Of a stretch of DNA of 64,000 nt, positions 39,015 through 50,971 are shown in pieces; the first letter of the stretch is position 1; every line of letters begins with the position of its first letter. The stretch is from Sarea resinae. Lineage: Eukaryota. The notes beneath the pieces are model-generated. The model had not been told where the DNA came from. It searched no databases and was given only the letters and a program-made list of their open reading frames with translations. A program made the translations under genes and the position numbers. The stretch lies in the NCBI GenBank assembly GCA_026026165.1, contig JAPEUD010000006.1:310001-374000 (forward strand), in the 5' to 3' direction.

Positions 39015-39638
39015 GTTGTGCGACTTGGCAAAGCTCCGGCTTTGTAATGATGTTACTGTTTTGTAGCTGCCCACTGAAGCGGAACACTGGGTGAGAGTAG
39101 AGCGAAGCCTGGGAGAGAAGAGGGAACGCATGTGGAGATGGGAGGTCGAAGATCTTGCTCAGTAAGACAGGCAGGTCGACTCTCGTGATGTTATAGTTCC
39201 AGAGAATATTCTACACAGGCAGTGGCACCTTCTTCGAGGAACACATGCTGAAACGTGCATCATGACAACAATCATCAAGTGGCCCTCAGATGCCCGCCAG
39301 CCAGCCAGCTTATTGCCCGAAACGGACTGTACTGACGTAATCCATGATGCCCATGATCATGGCTGGGCAGGAATGAGGATCCGGTAGCATACGAGCCAAT
39401 CGAATGAGCAGGCAAACTTCTCCAAAGTCTCACTTCTTCCTTCCTCCCATTCTTTGGCGCTTGAGACATGTTCATTGTTCCAAGGCCCAAGTCAACTGCG
39501 GGTGAAGGAAGGGGTTTCTGATCTTGGAGTCGGTCTCTGTCCAGTTCGATGGATGAGCTGGAGCTGGAGGTGCTCTCGCACGTCAGTACGGCGGGGCACA
39601 GCTTCATGTTGCGTCCGATAACGTAGCCCAGATGAATG

Positions 39639-39661
39639 GCGCGCGATTAAACGCGTCGCGA
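39639..39661. promoter_or_regulatory. Candidate MCB-like (ACGCGT/CGCG) cluster upstream of the DNAJC9-like gene
   Basis: GCGCGATTAAACGCGTCGCGA, about 130-150 nt upstream of the ATG at 39792. Confidence 0.35.
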
Positions 39662-39791
39662 CATCAAGGCAAGCCGTGAAGTGACATCGACACACAGCGC
39701 AACCATATCATCGGCCCCGTTTGACGGTCCTGCATGTTAAACGCCCTCTGAACTCGAAGGATCTCGTGCTGTGGGCGTCGAATCGCGCAAC

Positions 39792-40835
39792 ATGCCTTCT
39801 GCCACGGAGGACCTCATTGACGAGGCGCCTTCATCCATAAACCCCTACGAAGTCCTCGAACTGGAGAAGACCGCAACGCCAGAGGAAGTCAAGACTGCAT
39901 ACCGAAAGAAAGCTCTAAGACATCATCCCGGTAAGCTCTCCCACAACAACGCTCGCGTGCTGCTGTTTCTTTCTAAAACTTCTATAGATAAGGCGAATGC
40001 CGAATCCAAAGAGGAAGCCCACCGAAAATTCCAGGAAATTGCCTTCGCCTACGCTATTCTCTCTGATGACCGTCGCCGAAAGCGCTATGATATCACTGGC
40101 CGCACGGAGGAAACCCTTGATCTTGAGGACGATGATTTCAATTGGGCGGACTTCTATCGAGAACAGTGGGCCGATGTCGTTACCGGAGAGTCCTTGGACA
40201 AGTTCAAGACGGAATACAAAGAGTCGGACGAGGAGAAGCGGGACCTGCTGTCGAGCTTCGAAAAGCACAAAGGCAACATGAATGCCATCTATCACACTGT
40301 TATGCTGAGCAATCCTCTAGAAGATGAGGAGAGGTTCAGGCACATCATTGACGAGGCGATCAAGTCTGGCGAGGTCGAGGCATATCCCAAGTACACCAAT
40401 GAATCCGAGCGGAGCAGGGAAACTAGGATGAAAAATGCGCGAAGGGAGGGAGTCGAAGCCAGGGAATTGGCCAAGGAGCTCGGCATCGAGGATAAATTGT
40501 TCGGGAATGGAAAGGGCAAGAAAAAGGGAAAAGGGAAAGGAGAAGATGAAGACGCTCTTGCGGCACTGATCATGCAGAGGCAGAAGGGCCGATCCGAGAA
40601 TTTCTTAGAACGTCTAGAGGAGAAGTATGCTGGTGGGAAGGCAGGATCAAATGGGAAGACAGGAAAGAAGCGGAGCAAGCAGGAGGCTGATGAACCGCCA
40701 GAGGAAATGTTTCAGCAGGCGGCCGAACGCAGCAAGAAAGCGAAGCAGGGCAAAAAGGCGCAAGCACTCGCTGATGAAACTGCCGCCGATGCAGAAGGTT
40801 CTGGTGCGCGTAGATCCAAGAGAACTCGCAAATGA
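39792..40835 (+). CDS. DnaJ-domain protein, DNAJC9-like
   Basis: J-domain NPYEVLELEKTATPEEVKTAYRKKALRHHPDK (HPD restored by removing intron 39931-39987) ...KFQEIAFAYAILSDDRRRKRYD. It is followed by the DNAJC9-type features YKESDEEKRDL, DEERFRHII, EGVEARELAKELG and LAALIMQRQKGR...FLERLEEKY. Confidence 0.85.
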   Translation: MPSATEDLIDEAPSSINPYEVLELEKTATPEEVKTAYRKKALRHHPGKLSHNNARVLLFLSKTSIDKANAESKEEAHRKFQEIAFAYAILSDDRRRKRYDITGRTEETLDLEDDDFNWADFYREQWADVVTGESLDKFKTEYKESDEEKRDLLSSFEKHKGNMNAIYHTVMLSNPLEDEERFRHIIDEAIKSGEVEAYPKYTNESERSRETRMKNARREGVEARELAKELGIEDKLFGNGKGKKKGKGKGEDEDALAALIMQRQKGRSENFLERLEEKYAGGKAGSNGKTGKKRSKQEADEPPEEMFQQAAERSKKAKQGKKAQALADETAADAEGSGARRSKRTRK

Positions 40836-43800
40836 AGCGGCAGGCGATCTTCTGTCGTTTGGAGATTAGCATGTTCCTTCGGTCCGCTTTTCAACTACCT
40901 TGTTAGGTTTTCGATGGCGTTGGTCAGGTAATTTGGCGTCGCGAGTATCAGCATATTTTACGGCGAAGACGATGGTCTTAGAAGCGCTATCATAGGAAAT
41001 TCGAAATGATATCACTGGGTCCAGAGATGGCTTATAATTTCAGAAGATCATGAATCACAAACACCTCTTTCAACACCTTATGGCGTCAAGGAAGACATCG
41101 AATCCAATGACAACTTAATCTTAGATCCACGTTAATTGCTGTTTGGCTGATAGCCTTTCCCGTTCGTACCTAAAACCAAAGTTCCACTTAAAACCGCCAT
41201 GCTACCAACTCAGTCAACATTCTGATTCGACTGAATTGGTACTTGATAGACTATCTTTTAGGCTTTAGTACTGGCCCTTCTCACATTGTATAGTATGTTT
41301 CCAATATGATTATATCTATAAATGATACGAGAATATTACGAGTAATTCACGAACATCAACAATCATGCATGCCGTGGGAACCATTACGAAATAAAGTTGT
41401 GGCCTGCAGACACACGAGTATATAATAATTATATAAAATCAATCAACACTGCAAATCCCACAGGGAGAAAGATCAGGTCCAGCAATACCAGGCTGCAGCC
41501 CAATCCGAGATCCCATCATCAATCACCCTTCAGCTGCTGCTGTTGCTCCTGTATTGAATTCCTCAGATACAACGAGCGTGAAGCGCCGAGGCAATAGACA
41601 AACAGCCCATACTCACAGTCCATTCCATCGCATACCCTGACGGCGCGTACCTGGGTATCACCGAGTCCTCTCCATGTTTCCCTGCCTACCTTATGGATGA
41701 TAAACGGCTATCGTACTAACACATACAAAACGACATCAATGATGCGACGACGCACTCACTCACTCACTCACGGAGTACCTTCTGCATACTACCTGTAGAC
41801 ACACTTCAATGCAACTGGAGTCCCGAGCAGTGTATATTAGAGTAGGTTGAGACACAATTTGCCACGCGGTCCATGCTGCGTTCCCTTCTCGTTTCCGTTT
41901 CAGATTTGCGGTTTCGCCTCTTGTGTTGTCTTCTCTGCTCTCAGTCGGGTGGGAAAGGGCGCTTAGAGACATCTCGCCCCCCCCCTGTCATCTTGGTCCC
42001 AGGCGGTTCGGGTTGAGGTAGGTCCCAAGCGGTTACAGAGAGCGGGTGGTGGCGATTATTGATCGGAGAAAAGGTAGGTACTGATGATCGACTACTAAAG
42101 TATGGTGGGTATGGGCGGCTAATAAAGTATTCGTACTCTGTCCAGCGGCTGGAGAAACAATGGCCGACCATGGGTATTACCTGTTGCTTTTCGCTATCGT
42201 AGGTAATAGATCGAGTGAGGGAGATTTTCGATGGTTATTCTGGTAACGTAGGTACCTAATCTATCTCTTCGTAATACATCGTGTTTTTGATCCATGTATC
42301 AAGCACGATCTGTTGCACGCTTGAGGCGAGAGTCAGAGAAAGGAGCAATCGTTTGGGCGATCCGTCGTCATCTCACTCATGCCTCACTCGCTCGCGCCCG
42401 AAACCCCAAGGGCGCCTAATCGAATGCCAGAGAGCTGTTATGAATCTGCAAAGTCGATCGTGTCCGCTCTCGCCACGCACAATGCATCGCGAAGAAGAAC
42501 AGTACAGATTTTTTCTCTCATCAGCGTGGCTGAGGTTACGCCGCGTGTAGGCCGGCCAGCCGGCGGGTAGGTGCGAGCGAGCGTACGAGAGACCCCGCCT
42601 ATCGGGGCCGGGCGCATCGCTGGATGAGGCGCCTTGTCCTGCCTGACTAATTGGAAGATCCTCAGCCTCGTCCATCTGGTTGAAATCTACGCATTACATA
42701 GGGATGCCGTTGAGTTGGTCGGGCGGGTATGTATGATTATTTACCCTACCTAGGTAGGTATACAGGTATGGGGGTTGATAGGGGTAGAGAGAATTCGAGG
42801 GGCGGTGTCGCCGTCGTACATTGTGAGGCTGGGACTCCTCGGGCTCGTGCGTGCGTGCGTGCGTGTGTGCAACTTGGATGGATGGATGCGTCAATGCCGC
42901 GATGAGGACGCCGCGATGAGGACGCCCAGGGCGGAGAGAATGGAAAGGGACAAATAAGACAGGAGAATACATGCAATTCAGTCAGCGGCGATAGGATCTA
43001 GAGGAAAGCTTGTACCCAAGAGCTGGATGACTAGATTCTTCTTCTAGCTTTCGAGGGCGGCGGAGGAGGACATTTCAGCATCGAATAGATCCCTTACGCG
43101 GTACATCGTGGCTCATACTCTTCTTCCCCAAGACCTCAAGATCGATCAAGAGTACGAGTAGATCCCATTTCCTTCGTCAATGAGTGGACCCACAATTAAC
43201 CACATCTGAGGCTAGCTTTGCCAGGAGTCAGCTTGTTTGGGCCAGATTCACACATTTGTCCAACCCGGCTAATTAATTGATTGCATACCTACCTAGTAGG
43301 TAGACTGGGCGCGCGTGCGCAGGAACAATCGAGGTTCTTGACTCCTGCATTACGAAACCGGCGGCCGCTGGAGATCAAAAATCCTGGAAGTGGGGAAAAT
43401 CTGAGTAATTGGGAGAAGAGTGGAGAGACGACGATCTGCAGTGGCGCATTTCATTGACGTTTCCCTCTCATCCTTTTCTAAGTTTCTTCGCATTGGGTTC
43501 GCGTGAACGTGACAGGACGTGACGTGAAGTGGGGAGGACGATCATCATCTACTCCGTACCTAGCTCGTATCTGGGCTGCAAGGATATCTCACTAAATCCA
43601 CCTCCATACCAAAGACGATGAATCCAACCAAGGGTGTTGAAGGTATGTGAGGTGCTGAGTAGGCACACCTTGACAACCCGGTCAGTGGTCGAAGTAATTG
43701 ACGCCAATATTGATGAGGCTGAGCGAGCACGAAGTGCGAAGTACGGAGAACTCCGTATGCATACATCCGGATGGAGCTTCATGTTGCGATCCATCCATCA

Positions 43801-46800
43801 ATGGATGGATCTGCCTGTGCTGGGAGGCGAGCTGTGGAGCGAATCAGGGGGTAAAGTGCCGAGGGCACGAGCCACACCCGCCACGCCAGCAGCCAGCCTC
43901 TTCCAGATGGTGGATGGCAATCCATCCATGGATCCCTGAAGGCTCAACAGCCACTAAGCGAATCTACTGATCCCTCCAGCCCACTAGCAGAGTACGGACT
44001 ACTACCATACCTTAGTACGGTAGGTACCGTATGTTTACTGCGCCCGCCACTGATGCTGCGCGTTTGTTCTCCGGACAAAGCACCGGATCCTCACGAATGC
44101 CTGTATGCCTATCATTGATCTGTCTGTACCGGCAACTGCCATCATCTGCTGAGAGTGAAGCTACGCGCACATCAAATAAAATCCAGGTTGTCTGATCATT
44201 CTGACGGGTGGCCAGTCAAACGTCAGCGTGGCCATTCGACAACAGGCGAGCAGCCTCGTGGCCGCTAAAGAGAGAGAGAGAGAGGGTGGGAGCTAATCCA
44301 GCCGACTAAGCAGAAAGTTGTGAATGACTGGATCATGATCATGAATTGGATGCCACGACATTCCAGATCGCAGTTGATTGACAGGTCAAAACATTGAGGT
44401 TTGATCGTCACCATGGATAGTCCTTATCTATCGAGGAGTGCAATAGGGAGGTGGCTCATTCCAGAGCGCGTATGACCGAGCCGACTTTGGAGCATGATTC
44501 AACCGTACGGCTACCTCTTTCGAGCGACAGCACCCGTGCCCCTCACCTCCGCACCCCCCTCCAGGACAGCCCGTTTCATCATCCATCTCGATACTCGAAA
44601 TTTCTCCTTACACCCACATACGGAGTAGACTCGCATCTCGCGTCTGCACTGCCCTAGGAGAACGGGCGCGCGCACGCACGCACATACAGCGCGCACCTTG
44701 CTTATCCTACCACCTGCCTAACCCTTCGGTACCCTGAAGGCGACTGGAACGTGCAGTGCCATGGAGTGGATCAACTGCCACGGCCTGGTTGGCTGACTGG
44801 TGCTGGCCTAGATAGCGATGAATCGAGGGAACAAGATTAGTTTATCGGCTTCGGTGCATGTTACCGGTCGCATCTGCGACTGTGGTGTTCGCCGCAATAG
44901 GAAAGGGGCACATGCGGCTGGATGGCTGGTTGGACGGATGGATGGACGGATGCTACAGGATGGTATGGCATGGCATCACGGAACAGAAACAGTCTGGTCC
45001 AGGTGAGATGAGACGGGCGCATCAGTAGTATCGGCATGATCCACGATGTGTCGGGTACGAAGTGTCGAAGCGGTTGCCCATAGTCCTACCATCAGGATCG
45101 TCCTGGTGCATCTCCAGGTCGTCTGTGACATCTCTGTGACTGCTCCGTACTCTCGTACTCGTCGGTACCTCTGAGCCCTTTGGTCAGATTGACCCAACAG
45201 ACTTTGGTGTCAGGACACTCTCAGCGGCAAGTGAGGCAGAGGCGACGTTTGGGAAAAGCAGTGGTGTGTGTCTTCTGCCGCCGACACCAGACCCGGCGTC
45301 GAATTGTAGGAGGGTAAGGTATTCACCTGGGCGAGCACTACTCCGGAGGACATACAGTGTACGACGGAGGTACTCTCCTGCCGTGTCGTAGAGATGGCGA
45401 CGGTGCCCGGTACCCGAGTCATACAGCGGCTACGATGCCTCCTTGGGCGCAGACGGTACCAAGATGGTTGGGCCACGATGCGACGTGAAAGTATCGTTCG
45501 AGTATCGTATTCAGGCAGTCGAAGCAATCGTAGCATGAACTCGTAGTGGCGGCATGTACCTACAGGTATCCTGGGACGAAGGACTAAGGGGAGGCAGGGG
45601 ACGGGGGCAGGGAGGGAGGCAAAATGGCATTGCTGTGGTGGTCGCTTGGTAAGATGCATGAATGGATCAATCCATCCATGGAGAGACTTTGTCCATACGT
45701 GTCGATACCTGCGATCGATACCAGCGATGGCCTTCTCGCCCTGGCCCCATCTCGGCCAATCGAATCGTCTCCAGCACCGCTCTTCCTCACATCCCGCCAT
45801 CTCCAGCCATTTTCTGGTACACCACCCCCTTCAGCGTTCCAGGGGGGTTCTGGGGCCGTTTGAGTGGTTTGGCTGGTTTGGCCAGTCCGCCGTGTGCACT
45901 TTGCTGTGCACGCTGCCCACTTGGTCAGCTCTTAAGTACGCCCGACACCGCCCTGTTTCGTTCGTCTTTTCAGAATAGAGAATAGAGAATCTCCATCTGA
46001 GAGTAACACTTCACTAGTAGCATTATTGTGCTCAACAACACCAGTCGTCGTCATCATCATCAGCTTCGGCACCAGCATCAGCACCAGCATCATCCTCGCC
46101 CACGATACCTACTTCGTTCGCTTCAGCCTCCAAGCGGCGTTGACCTTTCCTCCGTCTCTCTGTTAGGCATAGCCCGGGGCTTCCCTAACACGCAACGGCA
46201 CGACCCAATATCACCAACACCACTCGTTGTTCGACCCACGATACCACTACTACCGCTACTACCACTTCGCCTTGTCAGGCACTTACGTCTTCACGCCCTT
46301 CGCTCGTACTCCCACGATCCGAAAGGATCAAATACTGCCGGGCGGGTTCTCAGCAGACTTGATATAATTGACCGTCTCCAACCTCGTATCGAACAACAGA
46401 TTGCAACCACGGACTATCACGACGACAATCAACCCGACTAATTCTACGCACGACGAGGACCTTCGAGACGACGCCAATCGATCCACGCTCACGCGAGATA
46501 CAGTGCTGATACCTTGTCTTTCCTCGATATCGCCTCTGTCGGACAAGCCGGCACCACTTGCTTAGCGGACACTGTCTGGTACCTCGGTCGTACCTCGCCT
46601 AAAGCCGGGCCCCTTGGAGGAGGCGTGTTGGACCCTGACCTAAACGAGCCTTCTTTTTCAGTCGGACGCCCCTGTTCCTGTCCCTTCTTAGGAAGCTCCT
46701 CGGCTCGCCCCTAGCACGCTAGGCCCACCCGTCGATCACCACCCGCCATCAAGACCCGCCCCTCATTATTATTGTCGAGGACCCTTTTCCCATATTATCT

Positions 46801-46874
46801 GCTCTTGTCGCATTCGAGCGACCTCGTCCCAATCCATCCTCGATACCTGCTCCACGCTATCTCTCACCAGCATC

Positions 46875-48056
46875 ATGGCTTTTACTTCCGATCATAACCA
46901 GGTCGCCCTCGACCACTTCATCTGCCTTCCGGTCTCGCGTGACATGATTGCATACCTCGCACACAAGGCTTCTGGCGTCATTCGATGCGAGCCAGCTCCC
47001 CAACAACAGCTACCTCCAACACCCCCCACAACTCCTCCCCGGGAAGCACCCCACCGAACGTCCTCGAGTCCTCTCCCGTCCCTGGAAGTCTTCATCACCT
47101 CACTCGTCGAGCGCTCGCATGTGCAAGTGCCAACCCTAATGTCCTCCTTGGTGTATCTCGCCCGCCTGCAAAAGCGTCTACCACCGGTGGCCAAGGGAAT
47201 GCGATGCACCGTACATCGGATCTTCTTGGCTTCCCTGATCCTTGCCGCCAAGAACCTCAACGACTCGTCACCGAAAAACAAGCATTGGGCGCGCTACAGT
47301 TGTGTGCGGGGATACGAGGGTTTCGGCTTTTCGGTCACAGAGGTGAATCTGATGGAGAAGCAACTGCTCTTCCTCCTGGACTGGGATCTCAACATCACCC
47401 AAGAAGACCTCTATACTCACTTTGAGCATTTCCTCTCGCCCATTCGCGACCAACAACAGCGGGAGCGTGAGAAGGCCGAAATGGCCCGCGTGATCAAGCT
47501 CCGAGAGAAGGAGATCTTGGAGCATCAACAACGCGAAATATCTCGCCTGTTCGAGAGCCAGCACCGTTCAGCCCTCGATCTGTCTCTCTACGACTCTTCC
47601 TCCTACGAAGCATATCCAGATTATGCGCCTCGCCCATCTTACCAGCATCACCTCCAACCTCACACTCCGCAGCGCCGTGGACCTTCTCTTTCTCCGCCTT
47701 CGTCTTCCGAGGTCCCTGGTCTCGCCCGCAGCGGTACCGGCGACAGCCTCTCGTCATCGTCATCCTCTACCTCTTCATCTACGAGTGGCACTCCAGCCTC
47801 GTCGATTGTAAGTGCCTACCTCGACGCCGACGACGACATGCACACTCAACAATATGCAACGCCCGTTGTCATCGGCAAGCCCCACGCAGTCTCCCTCGAA
47901 ACTACCACCGAGGACGAGAAGCCAGCCAAGAAGATGAAGACGTCGACCACGGCAACGAGCATCTTCGCGCGGTTTCTGGGATCGGCTACGAGTTACGATC
48001 GTCTGAATGCGGCTGCTACGACTGCGAGACCGCTGAGGTCGCAGTATATCGTCTGA
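46875..48056 (+). CDS. PCL1: Pho85-associated G1 cyclin, Pcl1/Pcl2 family
   Basis: Intronless 393-aa ORF with the cyclin box [75 protein letters not shown]...[17 protein letters not shown] and a PEST-like tail. Confidence 0.9.
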   Translation: MAFTSDHNQVALDHFICLPVSRDMIAYLAHKASGVIRCEPAPQQQLPPTPPTTPPREAPHRTSSSPLPSLEVFITSLVERSHVQVPTLMSSLVYLARLQKRLPPVAKGMRCTVHRIFLASLILAAKNLNDSSPKNKHWARYSCVRGYEGFGFSVTEVNLMEKQLLFLLDWDLNITQEDLYTHFEHFLSPIRDQQQREREKAEMARVIKLREKEILEHQQREISRLFESQHRSALDLSLYDSSSYEAYPDYAPRPSYQHHLQPHTPQRRGPSLSPPSSSEVPGLARSGTGDSLSSSSSSTSSSTSGTPASSIVSAYLDADDDMHTQQYATPVVIGKPHAVSLETTTEDEKPAKKMKTSTTATSIFARFLGSATSYDRLNAAATTARPLRSQYIV

Positions 48057-49672
48057 AATCCTTCGGCTTTATTGAGGCCATCTCAATCACCCGACTAGTG
48101 ATGGAGATATCTGATCCGATTGTCACGACTTTCCTATGTTGAGCACTGGTCTGTCTCGGCTGCGTTGATCTCTTTTTCTTATGTCATAGACTTGTGTGAC
48201 GATCTGGAACGGACTGTGTGCATATGAGCATTTTTTGGCCATTTTCCGCATCTCTTTTCAACAATGCTCCTTAACACGCATACCACCTACAACACCGCTA
48301 CCGCTGCAGAAGCAAGCCCACCACTATAGACGGACTGGCTCCTCTACCCATCTTCCTACATACCTACCTCGTCCCGCACACTTCTCTGCATCAATCTCTT
48401 CACTGTTCCCATTTTTGTTCCCCTAGTCTCAAACCTCAAAGCATCTCAACGGAGTTTTCGTCACATTTCGTCTTCGTTTTCCAACATTTCCGCACGCGAG
48501 CATTCCTCATAGGTATTTTCGTTCTCGGTTTCTCGTTCAACGGGCCAATGCGCATCATGCCTCGTCATGTCATATCATGGGATATGGTTTTATGTGGCCG
48601 TTTCGCTTTCGCGTTCGCTTTCGATCGGCGTTGGGATTTCTCGTCCCTTTTTTCTTTTTTCCGGGTGGTCGGTACGCATGGATGGATGGGGGCATAGGGG
48701 CATATGGGCATCAGGGCACAAGGGAATAGGAACCCAAGAGGAAAGGGCCACGGGAAGAACACTATAGCTTTGATATCAGCAGAGAAGAGGAGAGGAAGAG
48801 GGCAATAATAATACTGATACCCCCTTTTAAATCTTGATCGCTCATTATACTGTTTGCTGTGTACTATGTGCTGTGTGTCTATAATGTCCTCCCATCTATC
48901 TAGGCATCCCGGATGTCAACTTCGTGTGTCCCTTTCACTTGGCTCTTGGAGTCGTGATTTTGCTTTGGCACAGGTAGGTGATTGCGTGACTGATCGATTA
49001 ACTGGGGGTGTCATTTAAGGGTCTCCTCTCCTACTCTACGTAATAGAGAGAATTTTCCTCCGTCGGTGGGACCCCCTCTGTGTCTTGTTCATCCGTGAAG
49101 AGCCAGAAGATAGAGCGGTGCTTCAGTGCGCTTGCCTGTATTACGACAGACAGGGTATCTAGTTCTAAAAAAGGTACACATAATTCCAAAGCCCTCAGCC
49201 CGGCTCGGCCCGGCCCGGCCCAGCCCTCCTTCCGACTGACTCTACATCTCGACCCGACCAGGACCAAAAAACACACAAAAGGCCCCTCGAGAGCAAAGGC
49301 GTGGCTGGCTGGCTGGCTGATTCGTCCATCAATTTTTCCCACGGAGCTGGCTCAGATGACCGGCCCAACGCACTTGCCAGCTTTATCTTCAACCGTTCCC
49401 CGCCAAGTTGGGCGATCTCATACGGATAAGGCAGCTCCGCTCTTCCGAGTCATGCTGTCACGGTTTCTGGTTCCTCTGAAGAACACGGCGTCACGCGTGT
49501 TTCGACGTCCTCTAATTTGGATTCCACGGGTGTGTAAGCCGTCTTCGGCGCTTGATCGTAGCGGGCCCTCGTGTTTACGGCGGATGGCCTTCCCGCTACC
49601 TTCCCGTAGATGAATAGGCCTGCTTGGGACGCGAGGATAGGGTTCGGTGATGGGATCGGCTTCGAGGTGGGG

Positions 49673-50971
49673 TCACGACCGCATATGGTGCTGTCGACTA
49701 CGATAGGTATTCTGTGCTCGGCGGAAAATAGCATCATGCCCGTTAGCCTCGTTCAAGTCTGATTGTGGCCGTCATGGAACCACCAGCTGTATTCAGCCTG
49801 CCACCATTGAAAACGGGCGATGGCGGGCTGGAGTCACACGGAGTAGCACATGTTTTGCGGGATTCATGATCTCCGAGAGCCAATAGGCAAGATCAACGAG
49901 AAGGAAAGAATATTAGAAACTCACCTCGTCCATATTTAGACCTTGTCTATTATGTTCGCCGACAACACGTGCGATCTCTTCATGGGGAATTCCTTCTAGG
50001 CGAACGGCGGTTGTGCGAGGAAGCCAGCGGAGGATGTGAAAGGCGTTGGCGTAAACGGTGCGCGTTGAGGGGCGGGCACGTGGACTGGGTGGTGGTGCTG
50101 GTCCGTTCCCCGGAATGAAGGGTGGGGGAGTGGCCGTTCCATTGGCGGCGGCTGCAGCATTGGCCAGATGAGGCGCAGGAGGGACAGCGGGATTGACTGG
50201 AGCGGGGCCTCCTGCAGGGTCTTGAGCAATCACCGGTGATGCCGTCGAGGAAGGATCATCCGGAAAGAGTAGCACAGGTAATATGATTGTGAATGTTCGT
50301 AGGCTCCAGCAATACCGCAGGCCCAGACGGACGACGTCGGAGAAAGTATCCAGAATATCATGATGGGAAGGTATTGGCAATTCGATATGGTGGATGAGCG
50401 AACGTGTACGCTGGTGGAGAGACGTCAGCGTGACGAGCGCCGTTGGAGGCGAGAGCAGGAACGAATTCTCGCTGTAGAGTATGGGCCGAGCTTCGTGATG
50501 GATTTGCTTGCTGATCCTCAAGATGGCTGCATCAATGGGATCTGGATTGGGTGGCCGTGGCGGCAGTTTTCTTGACGGTGGTGAGGCCAATCTTGGTGTA
50601 GGCGGTCCTGAGGAGTCATCGGAGGCTGGAGACAGTAGAAGCAGGTGTCGTGCGTACTCGTCATCTTGCGAGATCGGAGTCGCTGACCTTGACGCTTGGT
50701 TGTCCGCGTCAGTGCCAGCAATCGCACTGTGACCTTGTTCAACGAGCCCGTCGGCATCGGTGCTGTCGCTCGTTTCTCCCAGGTTTATTGAGCGGCGTTG
50801 TTCTAGAAGGATAGGCTTATTCCGTTTCAGCAGCAGCCGATAGATGTGAAGGCGCAGTTCGGGAGGTAGTTTGAGGAAGGGGAAGCATTGTGATTCTAGG
50901 GCATCCGACGTAGGTTTTAGATCCGAGGCCAGCTCAGGATCCTCCATCGTAAGCGGAGAGCATGACGGCAT
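49673..50971 (-). CDS. Hypothetical fungal protein with N-terminal F-box-like motif
   Basis: FPFLKLPPELRLHIYRLLL and AILRISKQIHHEARPILYSENSF are motifs common in fungal F-box-like proteins. Intron 49924-49712 (GTGAGT...CTAAC...CAG) joins a last exon NTYRSRQHHMRS*. The start may be 50971 or 50947. Confidence 0.75.

Noticed and set aside
40858..40885. GAGATTAGCATG resembles part of U6 snRNA
   Set aside because: Only about 11 nt match, with no ACAGAGA box or U6 stem. It lies in the DnaJ 3' UTR.
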